Below are positions 39,791 through 49,579 of a DNA stretch of 64,000 bases, one piece after another. This stretch comes from Chiloscyllium plagiosum (lineage: Eukaryota), in contig NC_057711.1 in the NCBI RefSeq assembly GCF_004010195.1, positions 82,455,590 to 82,519,589 of the forward strand. The letters run 5' to 3'. Both the position numbers and the translations under genes were made by a program. The notes under the pieces were generated by a model. That model saw only the letters and a program-made list of their open reading frames with translations, made no database searches and was not told the DNA's origin. Numbering within the stretch: the stretch's first letter is position 1; each line of letters opens with the position of its first letter.

Positions 39791-40682
39791 CTATGACATC
39801 TTCACTTCGAAGGACAAGCAACACGGCTGGTAAGGGAGGAGAAAGTGAGACAGAGGATCACTGTGCAGATTTGACACCATGCTTGATTGAAACTTTTCAT
39901 ATTGTTAATTGGTCTTCTTCTGCCCTTTATTTTGCTAAGCTGTTACCCTGAAAAGGATGTGGATGTCACCAAAAGGAAGTGGATACCAGGTCCAACAGTT
40001 TGTTAACTAAGAAGAAATGATCTTCCAAGGAAAAGGAGACATCTGCTGAAAACAGGATCATAATTTCAGAGAGACTGGAATCTTGTCCCATAATTATGAA
40101 AAAGTTGTTAAATGTGTAATAATTGTGTGCTGGTGGTGGGTGTTACTTGGAGTTTTACTTGACCCGATAAGTGAAACTGCAGGAGTTTGAGTTAGGAAGT
40201 ATGTGTTTATAATACTTAACTCTGTAAAAAACTGGATAAGTGATTAAAGATTGGCTCAAGTATTGTTCATAATATTTAACTCAATAAAAATAATGGAAAA
40301 GTAATTAAAAATTGGCTAATTTACTTGCTTTCAACCAACTGGCTAAACAAGTTTCAATAAAGAGTGAAAATCCTGAGCTCTTGTACAGTCAAACCAACAC
40401 AGTCACAAGTAAAACATAAAATAGAGTATCCCAAGTTATTTGCTAAACTACTAGAATGCAAATCCTTATAGCATAGGAACCCAAAATAAACAATGTTTAC
40501 ATTAATGCTAGACAGGAAACTCCCATCTCACTACAAGAGATGGTACAGTAGTGCAAAAGAATTGTCAGCAACACTTTTTTCTGTCAATAGTCTTGTTTGA
40601 ATCATTGCCAACAGAAAAAAATTAAAGTTGGTTTTACAGGCTGGAGTAATGTAATCAGGATCCTGCAATGGTTGCCAATTTA

Positions 40683-40838
40683 CAGAGGAATCTAGATTAT
40701 CCAAACGACATAAATGGGGAGTATTTTGTTCGGATAATCAAATGCTGGATAACAGAGTTTAGCCAAGCATTGGAACCTTACGATCTTGCCAGATAATCTG
40801 AAACATGGATAAGCGAATGCCGGTTAATCGAGGTTCCA
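40683..40838. mobile_element. Tigger/pogo-like MITE remnant
   Basis: TA-CAGAGGAATCTAGATTATCC start with an imperfect inverted GGTTAATCGAGGTTCC end; a related terminus is at 48716-48737. Confidence 0.5.
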
Positions 40839-41276
40839 AATTAAAGAAGGTTCTCCCAGTGTGGGACAAGAGGTAAGAGGCAAGTTGCCTTTCAACTAAC
40901 AATGAGCAGTGACACCTCTGTAAATGCAGACACTAGCTTGAGTCTTCAAGGAGATGGGCTGAAAAGTGGGATCTGCTTCTGTTTGGGGACAGGTCAAGTT
41001 TCTTCTTGCTATTTTACCTACTCAACTAATTACATATGCGGGCCCAGATAAAATGCCAAATTTAATGGGGAGGAGTCAAGAAACATCTCCTCAATCATTC
41101 CATATAATTTTCTTCCTAGCTATATGGGCCTCCAAAGCCAGTGCACAGCAGTGACTTCTGGGATCCAGAACATCAGAGCAGCTTGGAGAGACCATTGGTC
41201 AAGGGATTCCTCCCATCCATATCAAGAATACCATGAACAGTTTTAGGCCCCTTATGTCTAAAAAAGATATACTGGA

Positions 41277-42090
41277 CAAAAAAAACTGCAGATGCCTGGA
41301 AATTAAAAATTATTGAAAAAACTCAGCAGATCTGGCAACATCTGCGCAGAGAAAGCAAAGTTACTGTTTCAGGTCCAGTGGACATTCCTCAGAACTGCTT
41401 GTGGCTTAGGAAAATGTGGGTATATATGCTACAGAAAGGATGATGGGAGAGGGGAGGAGTAAATGATAGGTGGCGATGGAGCCCAGAGATTTTATATATA
41501 AGAGAGAAAGAGAAAGAGAGAGATAGACAGACAGACAGACAGAGAGGGGCAGAGAGAGAAAGAGAGAGAAAAACAATTGGACAGACAAAGAAATGTGTAA
41601 AGGTCAGTCTGGGGGAATGAAAATCTGCTAATGGAGACTGTTAGTAGCTGACAATAGGTTGTCTGTGGTAGCAGCCCATATGATGACAAGGCCTCATGAG
41701 TGGGGGTTGGGATAAAGATATGGGGGAACGGCCTAAATCATTAAAATTGATATTGGGTGCAGAAGGTTGCAGGGTTTCCAAGTGGAAAATGAGGTATTGA
41801 AATGGCAGGCAATGGAAAGCTCAGGGTCATTTTTGCAAACGGAATGTAGGTGTTCTGCAAAGCAGTTGCCCAGTCTGTGCTTTGTCTCCCCAATGTAGAG
41901 GAAACCATCACATTGGGCTGCTACCACAAACAATCCATTATCAATCCATCCTTTCTCCAACACACATACCAACCTTCTCCTAGGTACAATCAGTTCTGAA
42001 GAAGAGTCACTCAAACCAAAACATTAACTCTGATTTCTCTCCACAGTTGCTGCCAGTCCTGCTGAGTTTTTTCCAGCAATTTCTGTTTTC
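41277..42090. mobile_element. PLE remnant with inverted termini and an internal (GA)n/(GACA)n microsatellite
   Basis: Reverse ORF LYIGETKHRLGNCFAEHL (GIY-YIG). Arms about 41310-41398 and 41990-42088. Microsatellite about 41501-41570. Confidence 0.75.
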
Positions 42091-42171
42091 GATCCTCCTA
42101 CTGTATCTGGTTAGATATTGTTACTTGATGACACTCCTTGCAAGTGCCTTGAATATTTAGCCTAAAAGTGC

Positions 42172-43100
42172 TTGGAGGTGTAGTGGACAGCAAAGAGGGT
42201 AACCTCAGGTTACAACAAGATCTTGACCAGATGGGCCAATGGGCTGAGAAGTGGTAGATGGAGTTTAATTCAGATAAATGCGAGGTGCTGCATTTTGGGA
42301 AAGCAAATCTTAGCAGGATTTATACACTTAATGGTAAGGTCCTAGGGAGCGTTGCTGAACAAAGAGACCTTGGAGTGCAGGTTCATTGCTCCTTGAAAGT
42401 GGAGTCGCAGGTAGATAGGATAGGAAAGAAGGCGTTTGGTATGCTTTCCTTTATTGGTCGGAGTATTGAGTTCAGGAGTTGAGAGGCCATGTTGCGGCTG
42501 TACAGGAAATTGGGCTGAAGAAGGGCTTATGCCCAAAACATCGATTCTCCTGCTCCTCGGATACTGCCTGGCCTGCTGTATTTTTCCAGCATGACATTTT
42601 TCAACTCTGGTACTCCAGCATCTGCAGTCCTCATTTTCTCCCAGGAAATTGGTTAGGCCACTGTTGGAATATTGCGTGCAAAGCAGGCTGGGGCTGTTTT
42701 CCCTGGAGCATCGGAGGCTGAAGGTGACCTTATAGAGGTTTATAAAATTATGAGGGGCATGGATAGGGTAACTAGGCAAGGTCTTTTCCCTGGGGTCAGG
42801 GAGTCCAGAACTAGAGGGCATAGATTTAGGGTGAGAGGGGAAAGATATAAAAGAGACCTACAGGGCAACTTTTTCACTCAGGGTGGTACATGTATGGAAT
42901 GAGCTGCCAGAGGAAGTGGTGGAGGCTGGTACAATTGCAACATTTAAGAGGCATTTGGATGGGTATATGAATAGGAAGGGTTTGGAGGGATATGGGCCAA
43001 GTGCTGGCAGGTGGGATGAGATTGGGTTGGGATATCTGGTCGGCATGGACGGGTTGGACCGATGGGTCTGTTTCCATGCTGTACGTCTCTACGACTCTAT
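42172..43100 (+). mobile_element. CR1 3' portion with a nested PLE terminal fragment (about 42514-42641, TSD caggaaattgg)
   Basis: MEFNSDKCEVLHFG, GDLIEVYKIMRG, WNELPEEVVEAG. Confidence 0.88.
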
Positions 43101-44367
43101 AAATGTAGCATTATTAGCGTAGCCACACAGTAAATGGCACATTATCATCTCTAATTTGTTGCCAATTGGTCCACAATATAAACACAATAGTGTGACTTGT
43201 AACTCCAAATCAGCTTCAATAACAAACACTGTACAATGTCAGTAGTGTATCCACACCTGGAACAGAGACAAAAACCCTTTCATAACAACAGGGATATTTC
43301 AACCACAATCACCAGTCCTGAACTGTCAATGCAACCTTTAGGTTGAGAGGAGAAAGTTTCCAGTGTGAATTAGCCTGGCAAACTAGTGAGAGGGTGAGAT
43401 GTGTTTTTCTTAATGCACTGACCTAGAGCTTTATCGGGTGATTACACTCATTAGGGCTGCACATCCTGCCAGACTGTTCACTGCGAACAGCTAAATCTAA
43501 TGGTTGCATTGCCAAGTCAGCCCAGCTTTATGCCTTGGTACTTTTGCCACTTTTGGTGTCTTCTCCTCTTCTTTCAGTCATGATTTCCTTCTCCTGCTGA
43601 GCATTAGAAACATAAGGAATAGGAGTAGGAAAAGACCATACAGCCCATTGAGCCTGCTCTACTATCCAACATAGTCATGGTTAATCAAGTTAAACTCCAC
43701 TTTTCTGAGAGCCCAAAAGTCTGTCTGTATCTGCCTTATAGTATACAAAATGATCCACAACCCTCTAAGATAGAAAATTCCAAAAATTCACACCCAACCA
43801 AATGCATAGATTTCTCCACGTCTTAGTTCTAAATTATAGCTCCCATATTCTGAGAGCTTGCTCACAGGTCAGGGAATTTCTCTCCACAGATGCTTCCAGT
43901 CCTGCTGTGCTTTTCCAGCAATTTCTATTTTAGATCCTCCTACTACTTATTGGTTCTGTGCTACACCTGGTTAGATATTGTTACTTGATTAGAGTCTAGA
44001 TTAGATTAGGCCTTCATTCCTGATGAAGGGCTTTGGCCTGAAACATCGATTTTCCTGCCCCTCAGATGCTGCCTGACCTTCTGTGCTTTTCTAGCACCAC
44101 TCCAATCTAGACTCTGATTTCCAGCATCTGCAGTCCTCACTTTTGCCATTGTTTACTTGATGGCAAGTATTGCAAGTGCCAGTGTCTACCCCATCAGGCC
44201 TCTTCAGAATCTTAAATGTTTCAATGAGATCACCTCTCATTCTTCTAAATTCCAGAGAATACAGACCCTATTTACTCAGCCTTTTGGGATAACCCTCTCA
44301 CATTCCAGGCACCAATTTAGTGAACATTCACCGTACACAGGGGGCCTGTAACTTCTTTCTGACTTAC

Positions 44368-44480
44368 GTCCGGCACGGCTCTTTTGATTTAAGTCGGTGC
44401 CTGCATATTTATCGAGGATGGAGAAGTCCGATCAGTTGCGAAGCCAACGACTTGCAGTTACTCTCTGTTTATTAGTGTGT
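44368..44480 (-). other. KIF27: Probable non-coding exon 1 of KIF27 (5' end approximate)
   Basis: Minus-strand donor GAC|gtaagt at 44367 on the edge of the CpG-rich promoter; the first coding exon has an acceptor upstream of its ATG, so an upstream exon is needed. Contains a short uORF MQAPT* (44406-44389). Confidence 0.6.
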
Positions 44481-44499
44481 CCTAGCAACATCACTTCCG

Positions 44500-44752
44500 G
44501 CTGGTTCGGACCTTACAAAGATGGCAGCCGGAGAGGGGGTGTTATTGCGCGTGCGCAGAACCGCCAGCCGGCTGGCCGGCCTCCTTCACGCTCGGCAGGT
44601 GAAAGTGGATTGGCTCAAAATGGTGACAAGTCAGACATGCCCCTCTTCTGCCCTGGCTGAGGCCGTTGACTGTTTTCGAATACAGTACAAAGATCTGAGA
44701 AGCTTTTGACGGAGTCGGAGTGTTGTGAAGTCTGCTTTTTTGTCGTCCAGAG
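44500..44752 (+). other. QNG1: Probable exon 1 of QNG1 (start approximate; donors after 44598 and 44752)
   Basis: Consensus donor GAG|gtaagt at 44753 and weaker CAG|gtgaaa at 44599. The next exon has an acceptor (tttcatttttctttcaaaatctag) 12 nt before the conserved ATG. Confidence 0.6.
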
Positions 44753-45649
44753 GTAAGTTGATCGGCCAACGGGTTTAGTTGCTGTCTCTTGGTTAACACT
44801 CATGCAGAGATGTGGTGCCACGAGGTTTGGTTCCTGGACACCACAATCCAGCGAAATAACCAGCGGCTGGGAAATCTGGCGCTCTGCTTCTTTTATCTTT
44901 AGTATCCAGTGTTACATTTAGCCATATTTTTTCAATCACATTCATAGAATCATACAGCATGGGATGAGAACCTTCGGTCTAACATGTCCATGTCGACCAG
45001 GGTTTCCCCAAACTTTTTGAGTTTACTGTGATTTTTCGAATACACTAATACTTATTTTCAGGGTAACTTGTTCTGAGAATTATGTTTCACTAGATGTAAA
45101 TTTTTATTTCCAGGCCTTGACATAAGGCGCATGCACAAGTCTCCGTGACAGCTTTCTAACAATCTTGATTTGAATTTTGAAATGTACGATTTTGTTTTGA
45201 GTTGATCGAATCGTAGATCCTTTTAATGTATAATCCAAAACTGAGCTTCCCAAACTTTTTCCTCCAACGTGCTCTCGAGGCTGGTGAACCCTCATTGACG
45301 TGGAGATGCCGCTGTTGGACTAGGTAGGACAAGGTCAAAGAACACGCGACACCAGGTTATAGTCCTACAGGTTTACTTGAAAACGCAAGATTAACTATAA
45401 CCTGGTGTCCCGTGTACTTTACGAGTCTCGTTGCGGTTGTTGGGTAAGTTCTGTCATCGCTTTCAGCGATGATAAAGTGGCCATACAGAACTTTGTGCAT
45501 TGACGAGGACTACTAAATGTATTGCCTTCCCGTGACATCAGTGCACCTGTGGATTTTGAAATTTCACCTCAGGGACGTGTATTGATTGTAAAGGTTTTAT
45601 CGTCTTTTTTTCTCCCCAAAATTGCCAATTTGATGAGTATCCATTATAA

Positions 45650-46710
45650 AGATTTTATCTGGAATGCTTCACTATGTTGGGTCTATCAATGTGGGTGGAA
45701 ATTAATAAGGAGAAAAACATCATGGTCAGGGGGGCAGTAAACAAAGAAATAACTGATGCATGTAAAAAGATGGCATGCCAATTATCATTGGGGAATTTCA
45801 ATCTACATATTGATTGGTCAAATCCAGTCAGTCAAGGCAGCCTTGCAGAGGAGTTCATAGAATGCATCTGACAGCTTCCTCGAACAGGATATAATGGAAC
45901 CCATGAGGGAGCAAGCTATCCTGTATCTAGTCCTGTGTAATAAGACAGGAATAATTTATCTCATAGTTAGGGATTCTCTTGGAAGGAGAAATCACAGTTT
46001 GGTTAAATTAAAACACACATGGAGGCAGAGAAGATAAAATCCTATACCAGGGTCTTCATCATTACGGAATTTTTGACTCTGATCTCCAGTGTCTGCAATC
46101 CTCACTTTCTCTTTTAGAGTTCACTGAAAACCTGCAAAGGACTACAGATAGGTTAAGTGTGTGAGCAGAGTTCTTACAGATGGAGCACAATGTTGGTAAA
46201 TGTGAGGTCATTCATTTTGGTAGGAGTAATAGTAAGTTGAAACTTTATTGCTGGAACAGCACAGCAGGTCAGGCAGCATCCAGGGAACAGGAGATTCGAC
46301 GTTTCGGGCACAGGCCCTTCTTCAGGAATGAGCAGAGAGTGTTCAGCAGGAGAAGATAAAAGGTAGGGAGGAGGGAGTAATAGTAAACTGAGCTATTACG
46401 TAAATGATGAAAATTGCAGCATGCTGCTACCCGGGGGGCCTGGGTGGTCCTTGTGCATAAATCACAAGAAGTCGGTTTGCAGCTGCAGCAGGAAATTAAG
46501 ACAAATGGAATATTGTCCATCTTTGGTAGAGAGAAGGAGTTTAAAAATAGGGAGGTTATGCTGCAGCTGTATAGGATGCAGGTGAGGCCAGTCTGGAGTA
46601 CTGTGTGCACCTTTGGTCTCCTTAGTTGAGAGGATTTACTGGCACTGGAAGGGGTGCAGAGGAGGCTCACAAGGTTGATTCTAGAATTGAGAGGGTTGGC
46701 TTTGTGGGAT
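45650..46710 (+). mobile_element. Degenerate CR1 with nested PLE terminal fragments
   Basis: GNFNLHIDW, KCEVIHFG and LEGVQRRLTRLI motifs. Confidence 0.75.
46294..46329 (-). ncRNA. Minimal hammerhead ribozyme motif
   Basis: Minus strand reads ATTC-CTGAAGA-A-GGGC(CTGT)GCCC-GAAA-CG-TC-GAAT, with a fully paired stem I ATTC/GAAT. Confidence 0.75.
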
Positions 46711-47269
46711 TGTGTTAAAATAACAAGTGACATCAGTGAGTGGTGAAAATAGCGTCATTATTCAGCAACTACAGTAGCACAAGTTCAAGATGGCAATAGA
46801 ATCCTGAAGTACAGTTCTTAGAGTAGTCTCTTTATACACAGTTCTTAACTGGAATTTTAATGTACCATTATGGTGTCACATTTTTTATCTATTGTGGTTT
46901 GGGGACTTCTGTCCTCGGGAAACAGGAGATGGTTTAAACATTTGTGAAGTGCTGGCTGCTACTCCTGGTAGAAATAAGAGTATCTGTCTGGACTGGTCGC
47001 ATAATTAAGAGGTGTTAGTCCTTTTTTAAGTTAGTAAATCTGAGTAAAAATACTAGATCCATAGCTGTAAATAAGTTAGAAATTGTACCTGTACTTAATG
47101 AAAAAAAGGATATTAAATTGATTACTGCAGCTGGGTTGTGAAATTTCTTTACCATTTGCAGGTGTGAGTTTCATTCATTCACCCTATTTCACAGAAGCAC
47201 TGTTTTGTCAGTTAAGGGGAGAGTGGCCCTGTTTTAAAAGGTTTGTGTCCTATGAACCTGCTGCACAGC

Positions 47270-47304
47270 TACCTGATGAAGGAAAAACACTCCGAAAGCT
47301 AGTA
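47270..47304 (+). ncRNA. Hammerhead-like motif of a probable third PLE terminal family
   Basis: TAC-CTGATGA-A-GGA(AAAACAC)TCC-GAAA-GC-TA-GTA; palindromic AGCT stem III. Confidence 0.6.
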
Positions 47305-47714
47305 CTTCCAAATAAACCTGTTGGACTATAACCTGGTGTTGTGATTTTTTTTTATCTTTGTCCATCCCACTCCAACACTGGCACCTCCACATCATTCTAA
47401 TTTAGGGAAACTGTTTGGTGTTCTGTAATCTAGGTGCGTCATGAAAGAAGATTGATAAGATTAATATTATAACCTTTATGGTGACTTGATGGTGGGGAGT
47501 CATTCTTCTTAATATATTACTATATTGACACTGATTCAGAGGTAGCTTTTGATGTAAAAATAGGTCTGATAAGAGTTGAAGATGTGAGATAGCAGTAATC
47601 AGTTTGGAAGGAATGTTTTAATTTGTAATAGCAAAAGGTCCTACAGAACTGCGGTTTTATGATAGAACGAGAAACTCATTATAGCAAAGTTATGAATGAA
47701 AAGGGAATATGGTA

Positions 47715-48047
47715 CAGGTAGACAATCCTTTATCTGAAAAGTTCCAAAATCCGAAAGTTTTTATGTGAAATTTTTGTCTCATTAACAAGGTTCTTTGGCA
47801 TGCAAACAGTTAACCCAACTCCACATCCACTCGATGCGTGTTACTCATATGTGACATGGGGGGGTCATGGCCCAGCACTGGCAGGCCTCAATTCTGTCTC
47901 AGGGCCTGTTACTCATAATGAGTCTACTGTTCGGTAAGATTTTGAAAAATTTCACTGTTGAACTATCACTTATTACGCAATTCGAAAAACTCTGAATTCT
48001 GAAAACCAGCTGGTCTAGAGCATTTCGGATAAAGGATTGTGTACCTG
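47715..48047. mobile_element. Tc1/mariner-pogo (Tigger-like) MITE
   Basis: 25-bp TIRs CAGGTAGACAATCCTTTATCTGAAA / TTTCGGATAAAGGATTGTGTACCTG (23/25 match), with TA on both sides. Confidence 0.85.
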
Positions 48048-48477
48048 TACTCAATAAATACAGAGTGCCTGTGAGTAAGAGAGGAATGAATGAATGAAAA
48101 CTCCATTTAGTAAATATAGCGAGCTGGTGAGTTAGTAAAGATACCTATAACACAATATCTCTCCACTTATATGGAGAGATTGAGTAGACTGGAACCTAAC
48201 TCAATGGAATTTAAAAGAATGAGGTGGTATAAAATTATGAAGGGAGTAGATAAGATAGTAGTGTTTTCTCTAGGTTATTTCCTCTGGCAGTGAAATGAGA
48301 ACTAGGAGGCATAATCCTAAATCTGCTACCCCTTATTTTTGAGGTTGAGTTGAGGAGAACGTCTTCACCCAAAGGATTGTGAATCTGGGGAATTCTCTGC
48401 TCAGTGAAGCAGTTGAGGCTACCTTGTAGAACATTTTTAAGGCAAAGATAGATTTTTGAATAGTCAAGGAATTAAGG

Positions 48478-48578
48478 GGCGGTGTTGGACGGGGCTGGGG
48501 ACGGGGGGGGCGCGGTGTTGGACAGGGCGGGGCGAGGTGGTGTTGGACGGGACTGGGGGGCGGTGTTGGGGGAGGGGT
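48478..48578 (+). repeat. G-rich short tandem repeat at a CR1 3' region
   Basis: About 4 imperfect copies of GCGGTGTTGGAC separated by G runs. Confidence 0.7.
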
Positions 48579-49066
48579 CTCGTGCGCTGTATGCTGCTGT
48601 AAGTCTCCTGAACGGGGAGCAGACTTTAAAAACTCCGAGCCCCAGAGGAAAGGCATTTAATCAATTAACCAAATAATCAATTGTCCAAATGAAATAGTGC
48701 CTGGCCATCTCATTTGGATAATCGAGGTTCCCCTGTATATGCTTGTAAAACAAAAATAACCATGTGGCCGAATTTTAAATGGCAGAGCTTCCAGGTTTTA
48801 GCATTTATGGAACAAGCAGCTTCATTGGCTCCAGCTTATCTGTAGGTTACTGGCACAAATGTAATATGACACAACTAATTTTAAATATCAAAATATTATT
48901 TTTCTTAAAATCAGTAAGTTGCTGGCTGTGATTTTTCAGGTGTGTAAGTATGAAGTGTATGAACTACTTAATCTACTCCTGCACTTTATTGTATGTAATG
49001 GCAAACTTCTGTTCATGGTTTAAATGTCTGTTTCATTTTTCTTTCAAAATCTAGTTAAGGAAAAGA

Positions 49067-49403
49067 ATGGATGCACCACTGCTGCCAAGGGAAGCTGGAA
49101 AATTTATATCTGACAACAGCAAAGATGTCTTTATATTAGAAAAAGGAGTTTGCAAGGTTGCTGAAATGCTGTTTGAAAAAAGAAATTCAAAGGAACTTGA
49201 TGCAACAGGATGGAAATTACTTCATGATCTAAACCCACAAACAATGAATGAAGCATCTGTCAACTGGGTATTTGTCGTGGACACCCTCAATTTTTCCTTT
49301 TGGTCTGAAAATGATGATCACAAGTGTTTGATTAAATACAAAGGCAAAATGCATAGTGGCTTTTGGTCATTTTGTGCTGCTATTAACAGAGCACTGGATG
49401 AAG
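49067..49403 (+). CDS. QNG1: QNG1/C9orf64 queuosine 5'-phosphate N-glycosylase (DUF2419), exon with the conserved ATG; exon begins at 49055
   Basis: [23 protein letters not shown]...[16 protein letters not shown]...[15 protein letters not shown] matches C9orf64. Donor G|gtgagt at 49404. Confidence 0.95.
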
Positions 49404-49579
49404 GTGAGTTTCTGCTTTTGATTTTATTGTTTGTGGCAGATTTTAAAAATCCTACATTTTACTCTTCTTTTTACATGTAGTTTTACATGATTGTTCCGAG
49501 TCTTTACATCGGTTTCAAGATTTCCAGTTCGTGGAGACCAGTCTTCTCTTGTCCATGATCATGTAACATCCCTCTGGGC

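Larger units (their letters stand above)
44350..44900. promoter_or_regulatory. CpG-rich bidirectional promoter of KIF27/QNG1
   Basis: Non-repeat CpG-dense segment between divergent genes. X-box-like GTGTCCTAGCAAC 44477-44489; ETS/GABPA CACTTCCGG 44492-44500; YY1-like AAGATGGCAGCC 44518-44529; NRF1-like TGCGCGTGCGCA 44546-44557; ATTGG 44609-44613. Splice donors face outward on both strands. Confidence 0.8.

Noticed and set aside
44521..44709. 62-aa ORF as an independent gene
   Set aside because: Better explained as a uORF or leader of QNG1 exon 1; no recognisable domain.
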